Shown: piece by piece, positions 43,501-52,511 of the stretch
Numbering within the stretch: position 1 is the first letter of the stretch
How the letters are laid out: each line of letters starts with the position of its first letter
DNA from: Syntrophomonadaceae bacterium
GTDB taxonomy: Bacteria > Bacillota > Dethiobacteria > DTU022
Assembly (NCBI GenBank): GCA_003554615.1
Contig: PWGX01000017.1
Location: 7,532 to 71,531 of the forward strand
Length of the DNA: 64,000 nucleotides
Direction of reading: 5' to 3'
Position numbers and translations under genes: made by a program
Notes under the pieces: model-generated
What the model saw: only the letters and a program-made list of their open reading frames with translations
What the model was told of the DNA's origin: nothing
Databases searched by the model: none

Positions 43501-45842
43501 TGTGGAGTGATCATTTGCAGGTTATTTTGGCAGATAAGGCCGGTTTTTGCTCCGGTGTTAACAGGGCTATCAATCACTTGCTGGATCAGGCCGCCCAGCA
43601 TGGAAGCGGATCAACTTTTGGCCCGCTGGTCCATAATGAAGAGGTGGTCGACTATTTGAAGCAGCGTTCGGTAACATCGGTTGAAAAACCGGAGCAGGCA
43701 CAGGGCTCTTTTCTGGCCATCCGGACCCACGGTGTAACCCCGGAAATGCAGGAGCGAGTACATAAACTTGACAATATTACTATTATTGATCTGACCTGTC
43801 CCCGGGTTCAGCGGGTCCAGAAAAAGGCCGCCCAGTTGCGCGAGTTTGGTTTTAATATTATAATTTTTGGCAACCCTGAACACCCGGAAGTGAAAGGCCT
43901 GATCGGCTGGGCCGGGGGAGAAGCCACGGTTGTGTCCACCCTGGAAGAACTTGAAAACCTGGTTATTGAAACTCCTGCCGGTTTAATTGCCCAGACTACG
44001 AGTGATCCGGAACTGTATGAAAAAGTAAAAAAAACTTTTAAAGTTAAAAATCCCGACGGGCAGGTCTATGATACACTGTGCCCCGAAACCAGGCTCAGGC
44101 AGGGAGAAATTATAAATTTAGCCAAAAGGGTTGATGCGCTGGTAGTAGTTGGCAGTGAATCCAGCGCCAATACAAAAGCCCTTTATGATTGCTGCCGGCA
44201 GTTAAAACCATCCTGCCGGATAAATAATGCAAGGGAGTTGCCCCGGTCTTTTTTGCGCCAGTACGAAATAATTGGTGTTACAGCAGGAGCGTCAACTCCC
44301 CCGTGGACGATTAAGGAGGTCGTGGAGAGTATGGAGAATGAGAATTTGGATGTCAAGAACGAAGAACAGTTTGACTTCGATGTTGAAGTCAAGGTGGCCC
44401 AGGTTGGCGAGCAGGTTGCCGGAAAAGTGGCCCGGGTTACCGATGAAGAGGTTTATGTCGATATCGGCGCAAAAACCGAAGCTATCCTTCCCGCTTCAGA
44501 AGTGCATCTTGAAGAGGGTAAAGGACTGGCGGATATTTTTACCCCCGAAGACGATATCGAAGTAACCGTGCTGGAGACAGACGAACAGGAAGGTAAAGTA
44601 GTTGTCTCCCACAAAAGATTGGCCAGAGACAAACGATTAAAGGAGATTGAAGAGGCTTATAATGAAGATACCACCATGGAGGGTAAGGTCAAGCAGGTAG
44701 TTTCTGCAGGCCTGGTTATTGACCTGGGCTCAGGAGTAGAAAGTTTTATGCCCGGTTCCCTGGTTGACATCAGGTATATTCCTGATTTTAACGAATTCAA
44801 GGACCAGACCCTTCAGTTCAAGGTTATAGAATTTAACCGTGAAAAAGGTAAAATTATCTTAAGCCGCAAAAAAATCCTCGAAGAAGAAGCTGCCATGAAA
44901 AAAGAAGAAACCCTCAATTCCCTGGAGGTTGGTTCAACAATTACGGGGACCGTTAAGAGGTTGACCAATTTTGGCGCTTTTGTCGATGTGGGCAATATTG
45001 ACGGCCTGGTTCACATTTCCGAGCTGGCCTGGGAACGGATAGGCCACCCCAGCGAAGTCCTGAGTACAGGTGAACAGATTGAAGTAAAAGTGCTGGAGGT
45101 TATTCCCGAAAAAGAGCGGATCAGCTTAAGTATCAGGAAAACTCAGCCCGATCCCTGGACCAGGACGATTGAGGAACTTGAAAGCGGCCAGATTATAACC
45201 GGTAAAATTACACGTCTGGTAAACTTTGGTGCTTTTATTGAAATCAGGCCGGGCGTGGAAGGCCTGGCTCATATTTCCCAGCTTGCCGATTACCACGTCA
45301 ACCATCCTTCAGAAATCCTGAAAGAAGGAAAAGAAGTGGAAGTTAAAATTCTTGAAGTTAAGCCAAAAGCAAAACGGATCAGTTTAAGTGTCAAAGAAGC
45401 ACGAGGCGCAGCCGTAGAGCCGCAGGAAGCTGAAGCAGAAGAAACAGAAGACGGAAGCGTGACCCTGGGCGATGTTTTCGGCAACCTCTTTGACAAGGAA
45501 CAGCTGACGGCGGCACAAGAAGAGCAGGATGAACAGGAAGAACAAGAAGAACAAGCAGTACAGGAAGAACAAAAAGAAGAAGTCCAGCCGGAAATAATTG
45601 ACGAAACCGTTGAGGCATCTGGCAGTGAACCCGGGGAAAGCCCGGTTGAAACTCCGCTTAGCGAAGATGAACCCGAAATAGCAGAATCCGAAGACGAAAG
45701 CAGCGCTGAAACAGAGGCCCCTGTTGAAGAAACAGTGGAGCCTGATGAAGCAGTGGAAGAACCGGAAGTAACAGAAGCTGAAACAGAAGAACAGGAAAAA
45801 GAACAGGAAGAAGAACAAGAGGAAGAAGAAGAAAAAGAGTAA
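43500..45842 (+). CDS. ispH: Bifunctional 4-hydroxy-3-methylbut-2-enyl diphosphate reductase (IspH) / ribosomal protein S1 fusion with long acidic tail
   Basis: The N-terminal ~280 aa are IspH (AGFCSGVNRAI, HNEEVV, SANT). Four S1 repeats follow (G.V.....G.F(V)D(I)G..G..H.SE). The last ~140 aa are E/Q/D-rich. Confidence 0.9.
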   Translation: MWSDHLQVILADKAGFCSGVNRAINHLLDQAAQHGSGSTFGPLVHNEEVVDYLKQRSVTSVEKPEQAQGSFLAIRTHGVTPEMQERVHKLDNITIIDLTCPRVQRVQKKAAQLREFGFNIIIFGNPEHPEVKGLIGWAGGEATVVSTLEELENLVIETPAGLIAQTTSDPELYEKVKKTFKVKNPDGQVYDTLCPETRLRQGEIINLAKRVDALVVVGSESSANTKALYDCCRQLKPSCRINNARELPRSFLRQYEIIGVTAGASTPPWTIKEVVESMENENLDVKNEEQFDFDVEVKVAQVGEQVAGKVARVTDEEVYVDIGAKTEAILPASEVHLEEGKGLADIFTPEDDIEVTVLETDEQEGKVVVSHKRLARDKRLKEIEEAYNEDTTMEGKVKQVVSAGLVIDLGSGVESFMPGSLVDIRYIPDFNEFKDQTLQFKVIEFNREKGKIILSRKKILEEEAAMKKEETLNSLEVGSTITGTVKRLTNFGAFVDVGNIDGLVHISELAWERIGHPSEVLSTGEQIEVKVLEVIPEKERISLSIRKTQPDPWTRTIEELESGQIITGKITRLVNFGAFIEIRPGVEGLAHISQLADYHVNHPSEILKEGKEVEVKILEVKPKAKRISLSVKEARGAAVEPQEAEAEETEDGSVTLGDVFGNLFDKEQLTAAQEEQDEQEEQEEQAVQEEQKEEVQPEIIDETVEASGSEPGESPVETPLSEDEPEIAESEDESSAETEAPVEETVEPDEAVEEPEVTEAETEEQEKEQEEEQEEEEEKE

Positions 45843-45885
45843 GCAGGAGTTTCAATTTACATAATGATTGCATTTTGGGCCAGTA

Positions 45886-45914
45886 AAAGGACGGACTTTT
45901 CGTTCGTCCTTTTT
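45886..45914 (+). terminator. Rho-independent terminator after ispH-S1
   Basis: AAAGGACG pairs with CGTCCTTT in an 8-bp stem, followed by TTTTTG. Confidence 0.7.
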
Positions 45915-45943
45915 GTTAACCCAATAATAAGTTAGGGAGGCAC

Positions 45944-47299
45944 ATGAATAATATTAAAGGGCACCTGGTGGATCATGTTACAGGGGGCTCCCCTGCTGAT
46001 CAAGCGGGTATAAAAGCAGGTTGGAGACTGCTCCGGCTTGACAACCAGGAGATCGGTGATATTATCGATTATAAAATCATTGAATCGGACACCAGCTTGC
46101 GCCTGCTGCTGATGGACGACCGGGGTATCCTGCGCAGGGTTAAAATTCACAAACCGGCCGATACTCCTCTTGGTTTGAGTTTTGATCCCCCAACTATGGA
46201 CCGCCTGCAGCACTGCCGGAACCGGTGCATATTTTGCTTTGTCGAGCAAAATCCGCCCGGCTTGCGCAAGCCTCTCTATGTTAAAGACGACGACTATCGC
46301 CTCTCGTTTCTTTACGGCAACTTTATAACTTTGAACAGGATGACCGGGGATGAAATTGAAAGGGTCAAAAAACTGCAGCTGAGCCCCCTTTACGTTTCTG
46401 TCCATACCACGAATCCCGCATTAAGAAAAGTAATGTTTAATTCCGGCGGGGCCGAAAAGGGACTGGAGAACCTGAAAAAGCTTGTCGCAGCCGGTATCCA
46501 AATCCATACCCAGATCGTCCTGTGCCCGGATTTTAACACCGGGGAAGAAATGGATCGGACCATCAGGGATCTTGACAATCTGGGCAGGGGAATTCTCAGC
46601 GTGGCTCTTGTTCCGGTCGGCCTTACCAGGCACCGCTCCGGACTCCCGGCACTGGAAAGGTTCGATCCAGGGTCAACGAAAAAACTGATCGACCATATTT
46701 CGGTATTACAAAAAAAGTATTTACAAAGAAGGGGCAGCCGTTTTATCTTTTTAGCCGATGAATTCTATAACCTGGCCGGTCTTCCCCTGCCCGGGGATGA
46801 TGAATATGAAAATTATCCCCAGTTAGAAAACGGAGTTGGCCTGGCCAGGCAGTTTATGAAACAATTGGAAGAGCTGTCGCAGGCAGATATAAAGAAACTA
46901 CCCCGTAATATTTCAGCTACTGTGGTTTCAGGCCTGGCGGCAAAACCACAAGTTTTAAAAATGGCTGAAACACTGAACCGGGTTGACAACCTTAAGGTTT
47001 CCCCGGTCTTTGTTAAAAACCGTTTTTTTGGTGAAGATGTAACTGTCAGTGGCCTTTTAACGGGGAATGATCTCCTGGTAACCCTGGAAGGGAAACAGGT
47101 CGGTGATGTAGTATTTGTACCAAGTGTAATGCTTAAAGAAAATAGCAACCTGTTTCTGGATGATCTGAAACTATCGGACCTGGAGGAAACTTTGCAGGTC
47201 CGGGTCCGGGCGGTAAGCGGGCCCAAGGAGCTGTTTAATCAGATCCTGGAAATAGCTGGTCGGCAGGGATCCAAAAGGAAAAGGGGAGCATACAGTTGA
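45944..47299 (+). CDS. PDZ domain / DUF512 radical-SAM-like protein
   Basis: The product has an N-terminal PDZ-like region (GSPADQAGIKAGWRLL) and a C.NRCIFCF cluster motif. Its conserved position immediately upstream of der in Clostridia supports the call. Confidence 0.7.
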   Translation: MNNIKGHLVDHVTGGSPADQAGIKAGWRLLRLDNQEIGDIIDYKIIESDTSLRLLLMDDRGILRRVKIHKPADTPLGLSFDPPTMDRLQHCRNRCIFCFVEQNPPGLRKPLYVKDDDYRLSFLYGNFITLNRMTGDEIERVKKLQLSPLYVSVHTTNPALRKVMFNSGGAEKGLENLKKLVAAGIQIHTQIVLCPDFNTGEEMDRTIRDLDNLGRGILSVALVPVGLTRHRSGLPALERFDPGSTKKLIDHISVLQKKYLQRRGSRFIFLADEFYNLAGLPLPGDDEYENYPQLENGVGLARQFMKQLEELSQADIKKLPRNISATVVSGLAAKPQVLKMAETLNRVDNLKVSPVFVKNRFFGEDVTVSGLLTGNDLLVTLEGKQVGDVVFVPSVMLKENSNLFLDDLKLSDLEETLQVRVRAVSGPKELFNQILEIAGRQGSKRKRGAYS

Positions 47300-48627
47300 G
47301 CGAAAATATCATTGCCATAGTCGGCCGGCCCAATGTGGGGAAATCGACGTTATTTAACCGGCTTACCGCTGCCAGGACAGCCATTGAAGAAAAGATGCCC
47401 GGGGTTACAAGGGATCGGCTCTACGGCCTTTTCGACTGGCGGGGGAAAAATATGGTTGTCATCGACACTGGCGGTATTACCTTTAGCGGTGATGATCAGA
47501 TCACTACCCAGGTCCAGAAACAGGTAAACCTGGCCATTGAAGAAGCGCAGATTATTATTTTTTTGCTGGACGGCCGGGAAGGCCTTACCGCCCTTGATGA
47601 AGAAATTGCAAATCTTTTACGGCGAAGTGGAAAAACGGTCCTGCCGGTAGTTAATAAGCTGGACACCCTGTCGATAGAAGACGAACGTTACGGTTTTTTT
47701 GGCCTCGGGTTTGGCGAGCCCCTGTCCGTATCGGCTTCGCACGGCCGGGGAATCGGGGATCTCTTAGACCTGGTTTACGAAAACATGCCTGCTGATCTCT
47801 CTGAAAGCGAGCCTGGCCTTGAAGACCTGGTAAAAGTGGCGGTGATTGGCAGGCCCAATGTTGGGAAATCTTCTTTAATAAACACCCTGCTGGGCAAAGA
47901 ACGGGTAGTGGTCAGCCGGGAGCCCGGGACGACCAGGGAAGCCGTTGATACTTATTTTCATTATGACGATCATCGCTGTCTTTTAATTGACACAGCGGGC
48001 ATACGCAGAAAAAGCAAGGTAAAAGATGCCGTTGAATATTACAGTGTGCTGAGGTCGTTAAAAGCAGTTCAGCGAGCGGATGTGGCACTGCTGGTTATTG
48101 ACGGGGAAAGCGGCATAACAGAGCAGGATCAAAAACTGGCCGGTTACGTTGATGAGGTTGGGAAAGGGCTGATCCTGGTCGCTAACAAGTGGGATCTGGT
48201 CAGGGGAGATGAAAATGCCCGACAGTCTTTTATAAACGATCTGAGGCGAAAATTTCCTTTTGTATCATATGCACCATATCTTTTTGTTTCTGCCCTGAGT
48301 GGATGGAGGATGGATCGGTTGTTTCCAGTGGTTCTGCAGGCCTGGCAGGAACAGCATAAGCGGATCCCCACTGCCCTTTTAAATGAGCTGCTGGAGGATG
48401 CCCTGGCCGTAAATCCGCCTCCCCCGGTAAAAGGTAAACAGGTTAAAATATATTATGGTACTCAACCGGAAGTAAAACCGCCTAAGTTTGTTTTTTTTGC
48501 CAACGAGCCGGAATTAATTCATTTTTCCTACCGGCGCTACCTGGAAAATCGCCTGCGGGAAGCGTTTGGTTTCACAGGGACTCCGATCGAAGTAAAATTT
48601 AAAAGAAGAGAGAGGAGAGGTGAGTAA
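47296..48627 (+). CDS. der: Ribosome biogenesis GTPase Der (EngA)
   Basis: Two tandem G domains are present (GRPNVGKSTLFN and GRPNVGKSSLIN), followed by a KH-like C-terminus. Confidence 0.95.
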   Translation: MSENIIAIVGRPNVGKSTLFNRLTAARTAIEEKMPGVTRDRLYGLFDWRGKNMVVIDTGGITFSGDDQITTQVQKQVNLAIEEAQIIIFLLDGREGLTALDEEIANLLRRSGKTVLPVVNKLDTLSIEDERYGFFGLGFGEPLSVSASHGRGIGDLLDLVYENMPADLSESEPGLEDLVKVAVIGRPNVGKSSLINTLLGKERVVVSREPGTTREAVDTYFHYDDHRCLLIDTAGIRRKSKVKDAVEYYSVLRSLKAVQRADVALLVIDGESGITEQDQKLAGYVDEVGKGLILVANKWDLVRGDENARQSFINDLRRKFPFVSYAPYLFVSALSGWRMDRLFPVVLQAWQEQHKRIPTALLNELLEDALAVNPPPPVKGKQVKIYYGTQPEVKPPKFVFFANEPELIHFSYRRYLENRLREAFGFTGTPIEVKFKRRERRGE

Positions 48628-48630
48628 CAA

Positions 48631-49218
48631 ATGGTCTTTCTGGCCTTAGTTGCAGCTTACCTGCTGGGGTCACTTCCGTTCGGATATATTATGACTAAAA
48701 TGCTGCATAAAACCGATATCCGGAATTACGGCAGCGGTAATATCGGGGCCACAAACGTGCTGCGCGTTTATGGCTGGCGTTCCGCCCTGCCGGTCTTTAT
48801 CCTTGACCTGGCTAAAGGGCTGGTGGCCGTGATCCTGGCCAGGGCTGTAAGCGATGTGCCGGCCATTTTTCTGGCGGCCGGTTTTTTGGCCATGTTCGGG
48901 CACAGTTTTCCAGTTTATCTCAAATTCAGGGGAGGTAAAGCGGTGGCCACCTCTATCGGAGTCCTGCTTGCCCTCTCCGGGTGGGTTACCCTGATCGTGG
49001 TTGCCTGTTTTTTGATCATCGTATCTTTAAGCCGCTATGTATCCCTTGGCTCGATTATTTCAATGCTAATCCTGCCCCTGGTATTCTGGGTGCTTGGATT
49101 TGGCCTTTCTTACATTTTGTTCGGGTTGGCTGCGGCTTTGCTGGTCATAATCCGCCACCATGAAAACATCGGGCGTTTGTTAAAAGGGACGGAGTCAAAA
49201 CTGGGGCGAAAGGGTTGA
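48631..49218 (+). CDS. plsY: Acyl-phosphate:glycerol-3-phosphate acyltransferase PlsY (copy 1)
   Basis: The motifs YLLGS.PFGYI, GSGN.GATN and F.GGKAVATS are present, and the der-plsY synteny is conserved. Confidence 0.9.
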   Translation: MVFLALVAAYLLGSLPFGYIMTKMLHKTDIRNYGSGNIGATNVLRVYGWRSALPVFILDLAKGLVAVILARAVSDVPAIFLAAGFLAMFGHSFPVYLKFRGGKAVATSIGVLLALSGWVTLIVVACFLIIVSLSRYVSLGSIISMLILPLVFWVLGFGLSYILFGLAAALLVIIRHHENIGRLLKGTESKLGRKG

Positions 49219-49224
49219 TAACTA

Positions 49225-50427
49225 TTGCTCAGAAAAGAACTGTTGGAGTTGTTATTTGAAGCGGCCAGCATTCAACGCTGGAACGATCACATCAGGCCTG
49301 AACATTTTTCCGAGCTTGATAAGCAGGCCCATAAGATGGTCTATGCTTTTGTCCTGGCTAAGATTGAAGAAGCGGATCATGACACCGATCTTGACTGGCA
49401 GCGCCTGATCGAAGGCGGTTTGTTCGAATTCCTGCACCGTATCATCCTGACTGATATTAAGCCTCCGGTTTATTACAAACTGATGGCCGAAAAAGGAGAA
49501 CAGCTGAACAGCTGGGTGCTGGAGAACCTGGAAAACAAGGTTCCAGGCTTGCGCGATCAGCAGATTGATATCCTGCAGATGATGGATGAATATTTCAGGA
49601 TGTCGGGGCGGGCCAACCTGGAAAAGAGAATCCTCCAGGCCGCTCATTATCTCGCTACCAACTGGGAGTTTAAAATCATTTATCGCCTTAATGAAGGTTT
49701 GTACGGTTTGGAGGAAACCAAGGCAGCTATCGCCAACCAGATTGAAGAGCATTACGACCTGGCCGGAGTGCAAAAGCTGGCCCTGGGCAAGAAAACCAGC
49801 AATTTTCTCGATCTGGTCGGTCAGCTCCGTTTTCAGCAGCGCTGGGCCCAGTCGCCCCGGGTTCCAAAAACATCGGTCATGGGCCACATGCTGATTGTAG
49901 CCATGATGAGTTACTTTTGTTCTCTCGAACTGGGAGCCTGCCCCAAACGGCTCTATAACAATTATTTTGCCGCTCTTTTCCACGATCTGCCCGAGGTGCT
50001 GACCAGGGACATTGTTTCTCCAGTTAAAAGATCCGTAGCCGGTATCGAAGAAATCATCAAAGAGATAGAGCACAGGCAGCTTGAAGAAAGAATTTTTCCC
50101 CTGCTTCCCGTAGAATGGCACAACGAATTCAGGTATTTCACTGAAGACGAGTTTGCCTGCAAGGTTATTGAAAACAGCCGGGTCAGGCACGTCAGTTCCG
50201 AAGAGATAACCGCTAAATATAATTTCGATCATTATTCTCCCCTGGACGGCGAGATTATTAAGGCCTGTGATCAGCTGGCCGCTTACATCGAAACTTTCTT
50301 ATCAATTTCACACGGAATTAAATCATCCCACCTGGAAGAAGGAAACCGCCAGCTTTACAATCGCCATAATAACCAGGTTGTTGCCGGTATAAATTTTGGC
50401 CGGTTGTACAGCTATTTCAAAGTTTAA
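49225..50427 (+). CDS. HD domain-containing phosphohydrolase
   Basis: The gene has a TTG start. The product has an N-terminal IQRWNDH segment and an HDLPE metal motif, resembling YfbR/HD-superfamily proteins. At 400 aa it is longer than YfbR itself. Confidence 0.65.
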   Translation: MLRKELLELLFEAASIQRWNDHIRPEHFSELDKQAHKMVYAFVLAKIEEADHDTDLDWQRLIEGGLFEFLHRIILTDIKPPVYYKLMAEKGEQLNSWVLENLENKVPGLRDQQIDILQMMDEYFRMSGRANLEKRILQAAHYLATNWEFKIIYRLNEGLYGLEETKAAIANQIEEHYDLAGVQKLALGKKTSNFLDLVGQLRFQQRWAQSPRVPKTSVMGHMLIVAMMSYFCSLELGACPKRLYNNYFAALFHDLPEVLTRDIVSPVKRSVAGIEEIIKEIEHRQLEERIFPLLPVEWHNEFRYFTEDEFACKVIENSRVRHVSSEEITAKYNFDHYSPLDGEIIKACDQLAAYIETFLSISHGIKSSHLEEGNRQLYNRHNNQVVAGINFGRLYSYFKV

Positions 50428-50454
50428 AACATGTAATAATCCGCTTCCAGTTGA

Positions 50455-51033
50455 TCAGGTGATTTTCCTGCGGCCCTGCCTGTAAGCCTGGTAATCGGGA
50501 ACGTGCTTGGCCGTGATGATCGCAGCCAGGGCTAACCCGAACAAAACCCATGCAGTTTCATGGTACTGGAAAAATAGGATGACCGGGATGCTTAAAGCGG
50601 AAGCGCCGAATGCCGTGTTAAGATCTTTCATGGCTATGGTTAAACACACAGCAGCGAGCAGGATGAACGGGATGGTATGAGGAGACAAAGCGATAAATAC
50701 CCCGAGGGCCGTAGCCAGGCCTTTGCCCCCCCGGTATCTTAAAAAGACGCTGTAATTGTGGCCCAGGACTACCAGCAAGCCGGCCATGAATACCACCAGT
50801 GGTTCATCACTCCAGTTTAAAGGCAAAAGGACAGCCAGCACTCCTTTGCCGATGTCAATTAACACGGTTAAAAGCCCTGGAATGAAGCCGGCGGCCCGGA
50901 AGAGGTTCATGCCCCCCACATTTCCCGAACCGGTTTCGCGGATATCGATCTTTTTAAACAAACGGCCCATCAAGTAGGCGGTTGGAAAAGATCCCAGCAG
51001 GTAAGCAATTGCCATTGATAACATATCGTTCAT
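50455..51033 (-). CDS. PlsY-family acyltransferase (copy 2)
   Basis: The motifs YLLGSFPTAYL, GSGNVGGMN and YRGGKGLATA are present. The gene is preceded by the strong SD AGGAGGT. Confidence 0.85.
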   Translation of the reverse strand: MNDMLSMAIAYLLGSFPTAYLMGRLFKKIDIRETGSGNVGGMNLFRAAGFIPGLLTVLIDIGKGVLAVLLPLNWSDEPLVVFMAGLLVVLGHNYSVFLRYRGGKGLATALGVFIALSPHTIPFILLAAVCLTIAMKDLNTAFGASALSIPVILFFQYHETAWVLFGLALAAIITAKHVPDYQAYRQGRRKIT

Positions 51034-51084
51034 TGTTTGATCTAACCTCCTGATCAGCTATTATTATTCTGCGTAAAAACTACT

Positions 51085-51228
51085 TCATGTTTCTGAGGCA
51101 AATAAATCCCGATCTTTACTTTGAAAAACCGACAGGGCTTCCATGCTGCGCCGGGCGTATAATTCACGTTTCTGCTTTTTGGGCGCTTTTTCCTTTAGGG
51201 AAGGGAAGAAGCCAAAATTTACATTCAT
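51085..51228 (-). CDS. Possible small basic protein (47 aa), upstream of and co-oriented with plsY copy 2
   Basis: My manual translation gives MNVNFGFFPSLKEKAPKKQKRELYARRSMEALSVFQSKDRDLFASET. The SD is weak, and the ORF is below the 60-aa track threshold. Confidence 0.25.
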   Translation of the reverse strand: MNVNFGFFPSLKEKAPKKQKRELYARRSMEALSVFQSKDRDLFASET

Positions 51229-51298
51229 ATTCCCAGGTTATTTCGATTGTTGCACCTCCTAAACCTATTCAACTTACTTCCTCAGTATATAACGATTG

Positions 51299-51327
51299 TT
51301 GACTTTTTGAAAACCTTGCTTTAAAAT
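51299..51327 (+). promoter_or_regulatory. Candidate promoter for tRNA-Pro (TTGACT-17 nt-TAAAAT)
   Basis: TTGACT lies at 51299-51304 and TAAAAT at 51322-51327. Confidence 0.5.
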
Positions 51328-51381
51328 AAACTAAGAATTACACAGACTATAAATTGAATTGCATAGACTATCAATTAACAT

Positions 51382-51458
51382 CGGGGCGTGGCGCAGTTTG
51401 GTAGCGCGCTTGACTGGGGGTCAAGAGGTCGCTGGTTCAAATCCAGTCGCTCCGACCA
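51382..51458 (+). tRNA. tRNA-Pro (anticodon GGG), CCA encoded
   Basis: Manual cloverleaf folding works. The acceptor stem is CGGGGCG/CGCTCCG (one G-U pair), the anticodon stem is CTTGA/TCAAG with loop CTGGGGG, and the T loop is TTCAAAT. The 3' end is ACCA followed by a T9 run. Confidence 0.9.
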
Positions 51459-51544
51459 TTTTTTTTTAGGATTCTTTTAGGGGGGGATGCGGGGACTATA
51501 AACCATATTAAACTGATTATGAAAGGAAGGGACGTGCCCGTTTT

Positions 51545-52375
51545 ATGCAAAAAAAAGTAATTACAGGTATTGCACTAACCTTAATTTTTATCTTAGCACT
51601 TTCCCTGCCTGCGGCCGCTGATGAGTACAAACGAACCAGTACCGGCTTCAGGTATATCGGGGACATCTTCCATCAAAAAGAAATTGAATACCATCGAGGT
51701 TCAGGCAGCTTTTATGTTCGAGGATTTGGGGAAGCAAGCGGTAGCCATGATGTTCATTCCGTTCAGTACAGGGATGGCAGGCGCCAGGACGGTGTATTTA
51801 CCAGGACGGAAGATAAAGTTAATATAAGCATGTACATGAGGGGCAGGACCGACCCCAATGCCGCTTCAGGTGATATTTTAAGGATGGAAGAAGAAGCGCT
51901 GGCTCAAGTGGAAAGAGATCGCGAGCAGGCCATCCAGGCCCTCAATGCCGAGAGGGCGGCCAAAGACATGGACGGGGCCACTTACTATTCCAGGATGAGA
52001 AGCTTACAGGATTATTACGACGATAGAGTAAAGGGCATAATAGATGCTTACAGCGAAGCGAAAAGAAATGTAAGGATCTTGAGCTCCAACAGCATCAGCC
52101 TGCCCCGTAATGAAGCAACAGTCAGGGTTGGTGTTGATATGGACCCTGGAGAGGAAGGCTATATCAGGCAGTCGATTGCCGCCGCTTCCGGCAGCGAAGA
52201 ATATCTCAGGATCCGCTCGGATTTTGAAAATACGGGCGGCACCACAAAGCGCCAGCTGGATGTAGACGGTTTCATCAGCGAAACCATGCGCGTTGACGGT
52301 TACGCCAGGGTTTATGAGTCCTCCGAAGTAAGAGAAGGAAAAGCAAAGACAGGTTGGTGGGATAGGCAACCATAA
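51545..52375 (+). CDS. Secreted hypothetical protein, paralog of the central module of 1071-2153
   Basis: The signal peptide is MQKKVITGIALTLIFILALSLPAAA. The shared blocks VGVDMDPGEEGYIRQS, GGTTKRQLD and VDGYARVYES match VKVDSDPGEEGHLRQD, GGTMKRRID and IDGYARVIDS in the other protein. Confidence 0.7.
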   Translation: MQKKVITGIALTLIFILALSLPAAADEYKRTSTGFRYIGDIFHQKEIEYHRGSGSFYVRGFGEASGSHDVHSVQYRDGRRQDGVFTRTEDKVNISMYMRGRTDPNAASGDILRMEEEALAQVERDREQAIQALNAERAAKDMDGATYYSRMRSLQDYYDDRVKGIIDAYSEAKRNVRILSSNSISLPRNEATVRVGVDMDPGEEGYIRQSIAAASGSEEYLRIRSDFENTGGTTKRQLDVDGFISETMRVDGYARVYESSEVREGKAKTGWWDRQP

Positions 52376-52403
52376 GTTGTTTTACATATGCAAAGAATTA
52401 TGG

Positions 52404-52438
52404 AAAAGGCCGGCGGTATAACCGGGCCTTTTCTTTTT
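52404..52438 (+). terminator. Rho-independent terminator
   Basis: AAAAGGCCGG...CCGGGCCTTTT forms a stem and is followed by CTTTTT. Confidence 0.7.
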
Positions 52439-52465
52439 GACATCAAAAATGTTACTAAGTATAAT
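52437..52465 (+). promoter_or_regulatory. Perfect consensus promoter TTGACA-17 nt-TATAAT upstream of the aminomutase gene
   Basis: TTGACA lies at 52437-52442 and TATAAT at 52460-52465. Confidence 0.6.
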
Positions 52466-52511
52466 GTATTTACTAAAAAAGAAATGTTACAAGGAGGAGG
52501 GTTGTGCCAGG

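Noticed and set aside
49252-50232. A 326-aa - strand ORF lies opposite the HD-domain gene.
   Set aside because: It is a shadow ORF antisense to a CDS with clear HD motifs, and it has low-complexity F/L/G/Q-rich composition. The same reasoning applies to 18630-19514, 20997-21800, 12931-13647, 59121-59747, 45384-45818 and the other long antisense ORFs in the track.
51382-51458. tRNA-Pro could be an integration hotspot for a genomic island.
   Set aside because: No integrase is present, no duplicated tRNA 3' end is visible downstream, and the neighbouring genes are not obviously foreign.
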